Positions 38,338 to 47,988 of a DNA stretch of 64,000 nt are shown here, piece after piece; positions within the stretch are counted from its first letter, which is position 1, and the number at the start of each line of letters is the position of its first letter. The notes under the pieces were generated by a model that saw only the letters and a program-made list of their open reading frames with translations, was not told the origin of the DNA and ran no database searches. The stretch comes from Candidatus Latescibacterota bacterium (lineage in GTDB: Bacteria > Latescibacterota > UBA2968 > GCA-2709665): NCBI GenBank assembly GCA_965222075.1, contig OZ244937.1, forward strand, positions 992,001-1,056,000. The letters run 5' to 3'. Position numbers and translations under genes: made by a program.

Positions 38338-40494
38338 CTATTCAGCGGACTGTGGGAACAGCACAAGCGGCGCACCTGCGGCGATCCGGATGCCATCGTA
38401 GGAAACACTGCCATCATCGTACACTGGTATCTCAGGCGCAGCACCCAAACTGACCGTAGTCGGTCCGGCCCCGGTCTGGGTCACCACAACGGGTTCGCTC
38501 TCGGTGTGACCCGATGAAATCGTAGCCGTCGTGACCGACAGGGTTCCTGCCTGCGCCGACAGGGTGACGGTCATGTCGAACGGCGCACCCTCGGCAAGTG
38601 TGACCACGATGGTGGCGGGACCCGGTGCGGCATTATCCCTGTTGTCTGTGCGTTGCAGTTCCATCGTCAAGGTAAAAGGAGATCCAGGGTTATTGTCAAG
38701 CCATAGCACCTTCAGCTTGTCCAGGCCGAAGAACATACTGTCAGGCAGTGTACTCAAATTGTTGTGGCTAAGATCCAGCGCGCGCAAGCTGTCCAGGCCT
38801 GAGAACGCACCCTTATGCACTGTGCTCAAAGCGTTGTTGAAAAGCCATAGCGCTTCCAGCCTGTCCAGGCCGGAGAACACACCTTCAACCAGTGTGCTCA
38901 AATCGTTCTCGTCAAGCAACAGGACTCTCAGTCTGTTCAGACCTGAGAACGCACCCTTATGCACCGTGGTTAAAGCGTTGTGGGAAAGCCATAGCATTTC
39001 CAGCCTGTCCAGGCCGGTGAACACGCCTTCAACCAGTGTGCTCAAATCGTTGTCCTCAAGCCTCAGCGTGCGCAAGCTATCCAGGCCGGTGAACACACCG
39101 TCAACCAGTGTGCTCAAATCGTTGTCCTCAAGCCTCAGCGTGCGCAAACTGGACAGGTCGGAGAACACACCTTCCGGTAGCGTGCTTAAAGCGTTCTCGT
39201 CAAGATACAGGGTTCTCAGTCCGGACAAGCCGGAGAACACACCATCAGGCAGTGCGCTCAGATCGTTGTCCTCAAGCTTCAGCGTGCGCAAGCTATCCAG
39301 GCCGGAGAACACACCATCAGGCAGTGCGCTCAGACCATTGCTGCGTAGCCCCACCCTTTGCAGACTGGACAGGTCGGAGAAGACGCCTTCAGGTAGCGTG
39401 CTCAGACCGTTATAGGAAAGCGCCAAACCTTTCAAATTGGACAGGCCGGAGAACACACCCTCGGGCAGTGTGCGCAGACCGTTGTAGCGAAGCTCCAGGA
39501 CTTGAAGGCTGTCCAGGCTTGCGAATACACCCTCAAGCAGCGTCGTCAGCTTATTTTGAGAAAGCTCCAGTCCTTTTAGACCGGACAGGCCAGAAAGATC
39601 AGCCTCCTCCAGGGCAGTGATACACGCCTCACCAAGATACAAGCCTGTGATCGAGGAGAGTTGCTCCGTCGTGGCCAGGGCACAGTCATCAACAGCAGAC
39701 AGCACCCTCAAGATGGCATCGCGGACCTGCGGGGTCCGGTTGCAAATCCCCATCGTGATGACGTCCACCGCTTTGCCAAAGTTTCTGGCAAAGATTTCAA
39801 AATCTCCAAATCCAATAGCGCCATCGCCGTCCAGGTCGAACCTGGCGTCGAAATCTTCATCACCTGAAGACTTCCCAAACTCAGCCGCGAACGCGACGAA
39901 ATCCGAGAAACCGACCGTCCCATCGTCATCGAAATCCGACATGGCGGCTCCTCCAAACCCATTGTGACCGCCATGGTGAGAACATCCAAGGGAAATAATG
40001 CCATTGGGTTCTGCAAACACAACCCCCGGGAGGCCCTGCAGATCCTCAGAAATAGCTGTCCGGTCGGCTCCAGGCGGGAACCTCAACTTGTATATCCTGC
40101 TGTAATCGGAAAGAACAACCTGATGCCCCGTTCGGGAAACGATCACCCTGTCGGTCGTGGGGTCGAAGTTAGGAAATGCCTTGATCAGAATTTCCGGAGC
40201 ATATCTGTCAAGCACATCTTTTAAAGCCGGCGCGACATTCTCGAATTCATGCCACTCGGCTACCACCTTGCCTTCCGGAAATTCCATGAATCCAGGTGCT
40301 ACCTGAATCAGTACTTCCCGAATGACCTGCTCGGGTGTCGATATAAGAGAGGAAGGCGTTTCACTTGGAGGAACATAGGGACGTTGGGCATTTTCAGAGG
40401 CAAATATCCCCGCACACCATGCCAGAATAGAACAAAGCAGGGTAACGCAGAATGGCAATGGAAGGATATTTGGGGTATTCCTGGCGTTCATCAT
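38338..40494 (-). CDS. Secreted protein: shared leader/prodomain + dockerin-like + ~13 24-aa LRRs + Ig-like C-terminus
   Basis: N-terminus homologous to 36836 gene; LxxLxLxxNxLxxLPxGVFxG repeats. Confidence 0.9.
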   Translation of the reverse strand: MMNARNTPNILPLPFCVTLLCSILAWCAGIFASENAQRPYVPPSETPSSLISTPEQVIREVLIQVAPGFMEFPEGKVVAEWHEFENVAPALKDVLDRYAPEILIKAFPNFDPTTDRVIVSRTGHQVVLSDYSRIYKLRFPPGADRTAISEDLQGLPGVVFAEPNGIISLGCSHHGGHNGFGGAAMSDFDDDGTVGFSDFVAFAAEFGKSSGDEDFDARFDLDGDGAIGFGDFEIFARNFGKAVDVITMGICNRTPQVRDAILRVLSAVDDCALATTEQLSSITGLYLGEACITALEEADLSGLSGLKGLELSQNKLTTLLEGVFASLDSLQVLELRYNGLRTLPEGVFSGLSNLKGLALSYNGLSTLPEGVFSDLSSLQRVGLRSNGLSALPDGVFSGLDSLRTLKLEDNDLSALPDGVFSGLSGLRTLYLDENALSTLPEGVFSDLSSLRTLRLEDNDLSTLVDGVFTGLDSLRTLRLEDNDLSTLVEGVFTGLDRLEMLWLSHNALTTVHKGAFSGLNRLRVLLLDENDLSTLVEGVFSGLDRLEALWLFNNALSTVHKGAFSGLDSLRALDLSHNNLSTLPDSMFFGLDKLKVLWLDNNPGSPFTLTMELQRTDNRDNAAPGPATIVVTLAEGAPFDMTVTLSAQAGTLSVTTATISSGHTESEPVVVTQTGAGPTTVSLGAAPEIPVYDDGSVSYDGIRIAAGAPLVLFPQSAE
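38685..39660 (-). repeat. 72-bp LRR-coding tandem repeats
   Basis: 24-aa periodicity with DNA-level similarity. Confidence 0.9.
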
Positions 40495-40979
40495 CGGACC
40501 ACAACCTCCTTTCTCAAAACGGAACCGTCTGGCTGAGACACCAAAAAGATCCAGGTGCCAACCCTCAGAGGCGGATAAATCACTAAGGGGGGAGATCCCT
40601 CCATTCTAAGCACTCTGAGGGGACGGATACTACTCCTGAGATCATCTTTCCCCCATACGCTCACTTTGTACCCGACCAGATCAATTCTCGTCGTGTCAAA
40701 ATGAGAAAACCCGTAAGCTCCAGTGGGGCCAACCCAACCATAAAATCCTATGCGCATGGTATCAGAGACCGCCAATGGAGATGTCGTTGGCACCAGCCGG
40801 ATGTATTCACCGTACCCAGGTACAATGACCCTCAAGGGAGACAAAACTGCCACGCTGTCAACTTTGATTTGATTATACCGAAAATCAGGGGCCGACTTAA
40901 ACGGGTAATAATCGCACCCCAGGCAGGTGAAAGCCATCAGGACCGTCAACGAAACAAAAACCGCGACTTTTCCTTGCAT
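40491..40979 (-). CDS. Lipoprotein paralog L1 (intact)
   Basis: CLGCDYYP lipobox; ATGA overlap with next gene. Confidence 0.85.
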   Translation of the reverse strand: MQGKVAVFVSLTVLMAFTCLGCDYYPFKSAPDFRYNQIKVDSVAVLSPLRVIVPGYGEYIRLVPTTSPLAVSDTMRIGFYGWVGPTGAYGFSHFDTTRIDLVGYKVSVWGKDDLRSSIRPLRVLRMEGSPPLVIYPPLRVGTWIFLVSQPDGSVLRKEVVVR

Positions 40980-41098
40980 GACCGATGTTCCTTTTTACGA
41001 GTACATCAATGCTTTGGATCGCGTGAAACCTTTCCTCAACGCTATCTGAATTATGCACGGCTCTCATATAATATATCGTAACTTATTATATAAACCAA

Positions 41099-41127
41099 AG
41101 TACATGTTGTATCACAACTGTTGTCAA
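41099..41127 (-). promoter_or_regulatory. Possible sigma70 promoter with operator-like palindrome GTTGT-N3-ACAAC
   Basis: TTGACA at 41127-41122, palindrome in spacer, AT-rich downstream. Confidence 0.4.
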
Positions 41128-41249
41128 ACGAAAAATCGGGAGTCTGGCCCGGGTCAGGGCCAGGTCGTCAGGAAGGGGGGATGGGGGTAGGGATACGGGT
41201 GGTTGGATACCGGCTGCAGGGGGTTAGCTGGCGCTCAGGCCGGGGATTC

Positions 41250-41281
41250 GGCCCAGGGACAGCGGGCGCTGTCCCTGGGCC
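41250..41281. terminator. Perfect 15-bp inverted repeat downstream of coiled-coil gene
   Basis: ggcccagggacagcg-gg-cgctgtccctgggcc. Confidence 0.55.
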
Positions 41282-41329
41282 AGTTCATGAGGAGGGTGTG
41301 AACAGCCCTCATTTTCTTGAGACCTGAGG

Positions 41330-42145
41330 TTATTCGACCACCACCAGCACCGCCTCTCCCCGCAGGATTTCGTTGACAATGATGACGTGGGTGATGCCCT
41401 CGCTCACTCCCAACATATAGTCCTGTCCCTTTTTCAGCTTGCCCGAACGGCCGATCAACTCCTTCAGTTTCTGACCCGGATTCAGGGGCAGTGGCTCGCC
41501 GATGGTGAGGATTTTGACCTTGTAATCGTCGTGTCCAGGTTTCTGGACCAGTTTGTACCCTTTGCGGAAGAAGCGGCGGCCCGTCTCCAGGAATCCATCC
41601 TCCTTGAGACGATTCTCCGTGCCCACCACCACGCGCACCGCGGTTTTCGCCTGGTCGAGTTCCGCTTTCGTTCTTTCGATATTCTTATTGGCCTCGTTCA
41701 ACTCCTGCGACAACTGCAGGGTGAGGTCTCTCTGTTCGCGCAGGGCGGCGGTGAGGCTGTCCGACTCGATGATGAGCCGGTCGATTTTCGTTGTGTCGGC
41801 CTCCTTCTCCTCCTGCAGCAGGCTGATCGCCTTCTCCAACTTCACGTTCAGAAGCCGGCGTTTCTCGGCTATAGCGCGGTATTTCTTCACCTCTTTCTGG
41901 AGTTGCTGATTTTTCTTTTGCAAGAGCATCTCGAACTTGGTGAGGCTGTCGAGTTGAGCCTTCAGCGTGACGAGTTGGGCCTGGGAACTGCCCGCCTCGT
42001 ATTCGAGCGATTCGATGCGGGCACTGCTCTCCTCTATCTTTGCGGTGAATTCCCGTTTCTGCTTCTCCAACTCGCTTTCTCCGCAGGCGGTCAGGCCAAC
42101 AAAGAGGAGCAGGGATAGGGAAAAACCGGAAAAAACCGTCTTCAT
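41330..42145 (-). CDS. Coiled-coil lipoprotein, unknown function
   Basis: LTAC lipobox, long heptad region, VVVGTENRLKEDG. Confidence 0.8.
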   Translation of the reverse strand: MKTVFSGFSLSLLLFVGLTACGESELEKQKREFTAKIEESSARIESLEYEAGSSQAQLVTLKAQLDSLTKFEMLLQKKNQQLQKEVKKYRAIAEKRRLLNVKLEKAISLLQEEKEADTTKIDRLIIESDSLTAALREQRDLTLQLSQELNEANKNIERTKAELDQAKTAVRVVVGTENRLKEDGFLETGRRFFRKGYKLVQKPGHDDYKVKILTIGEPLPLNPGQKLKELIGRSGKLKKGQDYMLGVSEGITHVIIVNEILRGEAVLVVVE

Positions 42146-42241
42146 CTGACCATCTCCCATGTTAGGGGTTGAAGTTCAGGTTCCGCAATACAACACAATG
42201 GGAACCGTTGTATCTTGAAAGACGTCAAAACGCACAGGTCG

Positions 42242-44437
42242 TCAGTTTGACGAAGTTTTTTTGCCTGCCTGTGCCGTGCCCGTCACGGCAGACAGGCCGA
42301 AGTTGTTGGCAAAGATCACAAAATCGCCAAACCCGATGGTGCCGTCCCCATCCAGATCGTACCGCGCATCATACCCCGCATCGTCCTGGCTTAACCCGAA
42401 CCGTGCTGCAAAGATCACAAAATCGCCAAAGCCAACGGTCCCGTCGCCGTCGAAGTCCGGATCAGGGGTTTGAGGGGTGATAAACGGCGACACGTCCCAC
42501 AACAAAATCGTGCCATCCTTTGAGCCGGATGCCAGTGTCGCCTCGTCGGGCGAAAACGCCACGGACCAGATCACATCCCGATGCCCGAACGCAGCCATCC
42601 GTTCGTGCGTCACCACGTCCCACAACCGCACCGTGCTCCCCATGCCCTCCGCTTTCTCTATTGTCGCGACAGCAAGCAGCAACCCATCCCGGGAAAACGC
42701 TACGGAAGTGATGTCCCGCTGACTCTTGCCAACGATCGCGATCGGTTCTCGCGTCGCCATCTCCCACAGCAACGCCGTGCCGTCACTTGACCCGGAGGCG
42801 AGCAGCTTCCCATCAGGCGAAATCGCCACGGATTGAACAAAATCCGTATGCTCTTCCAGGGTGGCGATATTTTCTCGCGTCGCCACATCCCACAACTTGA
42901 CTGTACCGTCCTCAGACCCGGAAGCCAGGGTGGCTCCGTCGAGCGAAAATGCTACCGAATTGACCCCACCAGTATGCCCTTCCAAGGTGGCGATACTCTC
43001 TCGCGTCGTTACATCCCACAGCTTGACCACGCCCACTGACCCTCCGGTAGCCAGGGTGGTGCCGTCGGGAGACAATACCATCGAATGAAGGAACCTACTC
43101 GGCTCTTCCAGGGTGGTGATGTCCTCTCGCGTCGCCACGTCCCACAACTTGACCGACCGCCTTGACGCGATGGCAAGCACCTTCCCATCCCGTGCAAACG
43201 ACACCGAATGGGACGGGCCCGCAGGGTGGGCGATCTCTTTCCGTGTCTCTACGTCCCACAGGATCACGCCGTCCCAGCCGGCAGAGGCGAGCGTGGTACT
43301 GTCGGGCGAGAACGTCACTGAACTGACGAAATCCGTATGTCCTTCAAGGGTAGCGATACGGTATGGCGAGATTTCCTCAAGCACAAAAGACGTAGAGCCC
43401 AGATTGCCATCCGCATCCACGGCCAGGATAGAAATCGGATGCCGTACAGGATCGGAAAGGCTCGTCCGGTAGAGGAAAAAAGAATAGTGGTCATCTCGGT
43501 CGGTAGACGGAATCACACCGTCATACTGGAACTCCACGACGGGGTCTTTGTCGCCCGCCATGCTACGACATGCCTTCACTTCCAAACCTTGAGGGCCATC
43601 AACCAAGAGAAAGACTTGGTGTAGCCCCGCCGAGGCGCTGATATTGAGTCGGACGGCGACGCTCAGTGATTCTGCCGGATAGGTACGTGGCGACAGGAGG
43701 TCAAGAGTGGGCGGCGGCCCCTCTCCGGTAGGGGTATCGGGATTGAAGTAGGGATGTACCGCCAGAAACTCGGCGTGGCAGGCCGATAATTGATACCTTC
43801 CCGGGCCATACGACATGAGGTAGGCACCGTCGCTGAAGTCGTGCCTCAAGCCGAAGGCGTGACCCAGTTCATGGGCCACCAGCCTAAACGATAAAGCTTC
43901 GTCTTCAACAAACACAAATCCGCCGTTTTTCCCTTGTCTGACTCCGAACGCGGCATGGTAGTTTATCGCAGCGCCGATGAGATAGACGTTCGCATCAAGG
44001 TCAAACGCCTGTCCAAGTTCGTCAATCACACGACTTGGATTTTCATTATGACCGTCCACGCGATGCACCAGCGGCTCGCCCTGCGCATCGGTTTCAAACT
44101 GAAAGGTCCTGTCCCCGTAGCCATTCGCTTGCATCTGCTCGGCATAGAAAGTCTGAACCCGGCGCATTACGACCTTCATCGAATCCACCATTTCTTGTCG
44201 AAATGGGCGATCACTCGGCAGGAAGTAGATCATCCGCACCGTGCGGGGTTCACCCGCGTTCAGATCCCCCAGCGGCTTGGCCGCAGGGCGGGGATGGTCC
44301 CGCCGCCACTGCTCGTGGTCGAAGGCGCAAAAGTGCACACTGTCGGCCGGCGGGGACGAAGCAGCACTGACGGCCATCGGCGAGAGGACGAGGCCGATTA
44401 ACGCGAGAAAAGCGGAATGCAGAACGGACTTTTTCAT
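42242..44437 (-). CDS. Secreted Zn-metalloprotease + WD40 + dockerin-like tail (paralog of 26403-28985)
   Basis: Signal peptide, HELGHAFGLRH, LMSYG, GH...WD repeats. Confidence 0.9.
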   Translation of the reverse strand: MKKSVLHSAFLALIGLVLSPMAVSAASSPPADSVHFCAFDHEQWRRDHPRPAAKPLGDLNAGEPRTVRMIYFLPSDRPFRQEMVDSMKVVMRRVQTFYAEQMQANGYGDRTFQFETDAQGEPLVHRVDGHNENPSRVIDELGQAFDLDANVYLIGAAINYHAAFGVRQGKNGGFVFVEDEALSFRLVAHELGHAFGLRHDFSDGAYLMSYGPGRYQLSACHAEFLAVHPYFNPDTPTGEGPPPTLDLLSPRTYPAESLSVAVRLNISASAGLHQVFLLVDGPQGLEVKACRSMAGDKDPVVEFQYDGVIPSTDRDDHYSFFLYRTSLSDPVRHPISILAVDADGNLGSTSFVLEEISPYRIATLEGHTDFVSSVTFSPDSTTLASAGWDGVILWDVETRKEIAHPAGPSHSVSFARDGKVLAIASRRSVKLWDVATREDITTLEEPSRFLHSMVLSPDGTTLATGGSVGVVKLWDVTTRESIATLEGHTGGVNSVAFSLDGATLASGSEDGTVKLWDVATRENIATLEEHTDFVQSVAISPDGKLLASGSSDGTALLWEMATREPIAIVGKSQRDITSVAFSRDGLLLAVATIEKAEGMGSTVRLWDVVTHERMAAFGHRDVIWSVAFSPDEATLASGSKDGTILLWDVSPFITPQTPDPDFDGDGTVGFGDFVIFAARFGLSQDDAGYDARYDLDGDGTIGFGDFVIFANNFGLSAVTGTAQAGKKTSSN
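42264..42296. repeat. 33-bp palindromic element in frame near the C-terminus
   Basis: cctgcctgtgccgtgcccgtcacggcagacagg; paralog has empty site tttg|ccgaag at 26421-26430. Confidence 0.9.
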
Positions 44438-44457
44438 AGCACGCGTCTGGCGGCCAA

Positions 44458-44919
44458 TTATAGATCCTGAAGATGTGTGAAGTTAACTGCGGCGGATGAA
44501 TCTTTTGCCAGAGCTGCGCGATAAAGATCAAAATCGACAGTGATCAACGGCCTTTCAGCCGTGACAACCTCCAGGAGCACCGCGTCGGCCAGCCCAAGCC
44601 GTCTGAACTCACTGTTGCGCGAAGCGTCCGTACTTGCAACGACGATCTCCTCGCTTTCCTGAATGATGAACCGGAGCCTGTCGAAGAAGCGGGAACGCTC
44701 CGGATCCGCATGTTGAGCGAGCAGATTGGATGTTTCGGTCAGCGTGTTCGGCGTTACGAACACCCGGGCAACCCTGGCAAGCAGTTTGAGCAAACGCTCG
44801 TAATCTTCCGCGGCAAATCTTTGCAGCCGACGATGCTTGAGGATCAGATCTCGATCTACACTGCCCACCACGAGCAGCACGAGAAGATTCGCGTCAATGA
44901 AGAACCCGGCCGGGGTCAT
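44458..44919 (-). CDS. PIN-domain protein
   Basis: FFIDANLL, PNTLTE, LGLADA, LITVD acidic PIN residues. Confidence 0.85.
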   Translation of the reverse strand: MTPAGFFIDANLLVLLVVGSVDRDLILKHRRLQRFAAEDYERLLKLLARVARVFVTPNTLTETSNLLAQHADPERSRFFDRLRFIIQESEEIVVASTDASRNSEFRRLGLADAVLLEVVTAERPLITVDFDLYRAALAKDSSAAVNFTHLQDL

Positions 44920-44923
44920 CGGC

Positions 44924-45205
44924 TTATTCCGAAGCCGTCAGGACGCGATCCTTGACAGATACGACACGACCGTCATGGTCATGGATGCGAACGACCTTAT
45001 AGGAGCGTGCTGGAGATCCCTCACCAAACGTAGCGCTGATAACGTTTTTATGGTCCCACGGCCGAGAGAAGCCGATGGTTATTTTCCAATCATTTGACAT
45101 GGCGTCAAAGTCAATCTCCTCAAGGCCGACATTCGTGATCTCTTCACCGGCGAAGAGTTCGGTAAGGTATTCTTTCGCCTTCTGCGCGGCTTCTTTTACG
45201 TCCAT
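44924..45205 (-). CDS. Small hypothetical protein, putative partner/antitoxin of PIN protein
   Basis: 93 aa, GGAGG RBS, directly upstream of PIN gene. Confidence 0.7.
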   Translation of the reverse strand: MDVKEAAQKAKEYLTELFAGEEITNVGLEEIDFDAMSNDWKITIGFSRPWDHKNVISATFGEGSPARSYKVVRIHDHDGRVVSVKDRVLTASE

Positions 45206-45297
45206 TCGGGCCTCCGTTCTATTCTCCCATGTTGGATAATTTTCTTTTTACCATGTCTGAGTGTGCCCGCACAGCCCTCTGCGTCTCTGCGGTGAAT

Positions 45298-46170
45298 CTA
45301 TACTGCCAGTGCACGCTGGACGGTTTCGCCGATGTCGGCGGGGCTGTTGCAGACGTGGATGCCGGCTTTTTCCAGGGCGGCTATTTTTTCGGCGGCGGTG
45401 CCGTGTCCGCCTGAGATGATGGCGCCGGCATGGCCCATGCGCCGGCCCGGCGGGGCGGTCTGGCCGGCGATGAAGCCGATTACGGGTCTGTCGAAGGCGC
45501 GGCGGACGTAGGCGGCAGCGTCCTCTTCATCCGAGCCTCCGATCTCGCCGATCATGACCACGGCAGCGGTGTCGGGATCTTTTTTGAAGAGCTTCAGGCA
45601 GTCGATAAAATTGGTGCCGATGACCGGATCGCCGCCGATGCCTACGCAGGTGGACTGTCCGAGACCGGCAGAGGTGAGCTGAGAGACGGCCTCGTAGGTG
45701 AGGGTGCCGCTGCGGGAGATGACGCCGATACGCCCCTCTCTGTGGATGTCGCCGGGCATGATGCCGATTTTGCATCTGCCGGGGGAGATCACACCGGGGC
45801 AGTTGGGACCGACCAGGCGCGTTTTGTGCGAGGAGAGGTAGTTTTTCACACGGACCATGTCGAGGATCGGGATGCCCTCGGTGATGCAGACGGCGAGGTC
45901 GACGCCCGCATCGGTGGCTTCCATAATGGCGTCGGCGGCAAAGGGGGCGGGAACGAAGATGACCGATGCATTGGCGCCGGTCCTCTCCACGGCCTCTGAG
46001 GCCGTATTGAAGACAGGAACGCCTTCAAAGTCCTGGCCGCCTTTGCCGGGTGTGACGCCGGCGACGACCTGCGTGCCGTATTCCAGCATCTGCCGGGTAT
46101 GAAAAGATCCCTCGCCTCCGGTGATGCCCTGGACCATGAGGCGGGTTTCACTATCGATGAGAATGCTCAC
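45298..46170 (-). CDS. sucD: Succinyl-CoA synthetase alpha subunit
   Basis: [27 protein letters not shown]. Confidence 0.97.
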   Translation of the reverse strand: MSILIDSETRLMVQGITGGEGSFHTRQMLEYGTQVVAGVTPGKGGQDFEGVPVFNTASEAVERTGANASVIFVPAPFAADAIMEATDAGVDLAVCITEGIPILDMVRVKNYLSSHKTRLVGPNCPGVISPGRCKIGIMPGDIHREGRIGVISRSGTLTYEAVSQLTSAGLGQSTCVGIGGDPVIGTNFIDCLKLFKKDPDTAAVVMIGEIGGSDEEDAAAYVRRAFDRPVIGFIAGQTAPPGRRMGHAGAIISGGHGTAAEKIAALEKAGIHVCNSPADIGETVQRALAV

Positions 46171-46880
46171 GCGTCCTCCCATTGCGGATTGCAGATGAGG
46201 GGTTGAGGCTCGGTCCGCTCTTCGCAGGTGCCGTCGGCCTTTCCGATGATGATCCGGTGCGCCAGGCCGGTGAAGAGACCGCACTCGACGACGCCGCAAA
46301 TGGCGGTGATTTGGGCTTCCAGCGCCGGGGGATCGTCGATGCGGCCGAAGGCGCAGTCCAGGATGTGATTGCCGTTGTCTGTCAGAAAGGGGGCGTCTTC
46401 CTGCATGCGGAGCAAGGCCCGGCAGCCGAGGTCTTCGAGGCGCCCCCGGGCGATCTGCCAGCCGAAAGGGGTGACTTCGACGGGCAGGGGGAAGGCCCCG
46501 AGGCGGTCTTTGAGTTTGGTTTCGTCGACCACGATGATCTCTGTTTGGCTGGCGGAAGCGACGATTTTTTCCCGAAGAAGAGCGCCGCCCCCTCCTTTTG
46601 TGAGATTAAACGCGGGGTCTACCTCGTCGGCGCCGTCGATGGTGAGGTCAATGCGGGTGATTTCAGAGAAGTCGATCAGCGGGATGCCCTCATCCCGGGC
46701 CTGAGCGTGGGACTGTTCGGAAGTGGGGATACCCCGGATGTTGAGGCCCTGCCTGACGCGTTCTCCCAGTTTTCGGATGGCAAAGGTGGCGGTTGAGCCG
46801 GTGCCGAGGCCGACCACCATGCCGTCTTCCACGTTGTCCGAGGCGCGCTCTCCGGCGACCTGTTTGGGATTTGGAGGCAT
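46167..46880 (-). CDS. rpiA: Ribose-5-phosphate isomerase A
   Basis: [27 protein letters not shown]. Confidence 0.97.
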   Translation of the reverse strand: MPPNPKQVAGERASDNVEDGMVVGLGTGSTATFAIRKLGERVRQGLNIRGIPTSEQSHAQARDEGIPLIDFSEITRIDLTIDGADEVDPAFNLTKGGGGALLREKIVASASQTEIIVVDETKLKDRLGAFPLPVEVTPFGWQIARGRLEDLGCRALLRMQEDAPFLTDNGNHILDCAFGRIDDPPALEAQITAICGVVECGLFTGLAHRIIIGKADGTCEERTEPQPLICNPQWEDA

Positions 46881-47125
46881 ACAGGGCTTCCTCTGTAAGA
46901 CCGATTTCTCCACTCACTTTTCGCACGCGGGAAGATACATACTACCCTCTGATTTGGCAATTACTTTAACAGGGACGGTCGGTGAGGACTGAGACGATCG
47001 ACGTTTGGCTTATGAATGTCTCGGCAAGCCAGGCGCGCCAACCCGCAGGCGTGAAATTGTGGAGAATTTTAGATATATTGTGTGATGATACGGTTTGTGG
47101 CACAGATTTTTTTTGAAGGGGGTAT

Positions 47126-47971
47126 GTGGTGGCCTATTCTACGCTGGAAGACTTTTTTGGGGATATTGTGGGCAAGGCCCGGCAGGGGCAGGGGATCTCG
47201 GAAGCGGACCTGGCCCGGGCCGCGGGGCTTACGCCGGGTGAGATCGGGCAGATCGAATCTTATGCGTTAACGCCGGACGATGAGCGCATCCACGCCCTGG
47301 CAAAGGCGCTGAACCTGAATGGGGAGAAGCTGGTGGGGGTTGCCCGGGGCTGGGTGCCGGTGCATTCCAATGAGTCGTTTGAGAGTGCGGAACTGGCCGT
47401 GGATCGGGCGATTCTGAACGTCGGGATGGAGGTCAACTGCTACGGGCTTAAGTGTAAGCGCACCGGTGAGGGCGCGTTGATTGACGCGGGAGGACAGGCC
47501 CGGCGTATTCTGGACATGGTGGACCGCATGCAGGTCCGGGTGACCCATATTCTGCTGACACACGGCCACGGAGACCACGTGGGCGCACTGCGAGAGATGA
47601 AAGAGGCAACGGGGGGACGGGTTTGTTGCTGCGAGCGGGATTTTTCGCTGTTGGGGGGGCTGAAGCCGCTGATTGAGGAGGTAGTTGAAGAGGGATGGGA
47701 AACAGAGGTGGGGGCTTTGAAAATAGAGGCCGTGAGCTTGCCGGGACATACGTCCGGCGGGATCGGGTATGGCACGGACGGTGTCTTTTTTTCAGGGGAT
47801 GCGCTCTTTGCGGGGTCCTTAGGGGGGGCCCGGGGTGCGGCCTATACCGGACAGATCGAAGCGGTGCGGCGCAAGGTGCTGTGTCGGGATGAGAAGATCC
47901 GGATCTTTCCCGGGCACGGGCCTATTACAACCGTAGAAGAAGAGCGGGCACACAATCCGTTTTTTGCGTAG
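47126..47971 (+). CDS. HTH-fused metallo-beta-lactamase-fold hydrolase
   Basis: N-terminal XRE-like HTH; THGHGDH, PGHT, GDALF, PGHG. Confidence 0.88.
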   Translation: MVAYSTLEDFFGDIVGKARQGQGISEADLARAAGLTPGEIGQIESYALTPDDERIHALAKALNLNGEKLVGVARGWVPVHSNESFESAELAVDRAILNVGMEVNCYGLKCKRTGEGALIDAGGQARRILDMVDRMQVRVTHILLTHGHGDHVGALREMKEATGGRVCCCERDFSLLGGLKPLIEEVVEEGWETEVGALKIEAVSLPGHTSGGIGYGTDGVFFSGDALFAGSLGGARGAAYTGQIEAVRRKVLCRDEKIRIFPGHGPITTVEEERAHNPFFA

Positions 47972-47988
47972 AGGAAAGGAGTTAGACC

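Noticed and set aside
29405-40979. Diversity-generating retroelement explaining the lipoprotein variation
   Set aside because: No reverse transcriptase in the window; differences include indels and do not appear adenine-restricted
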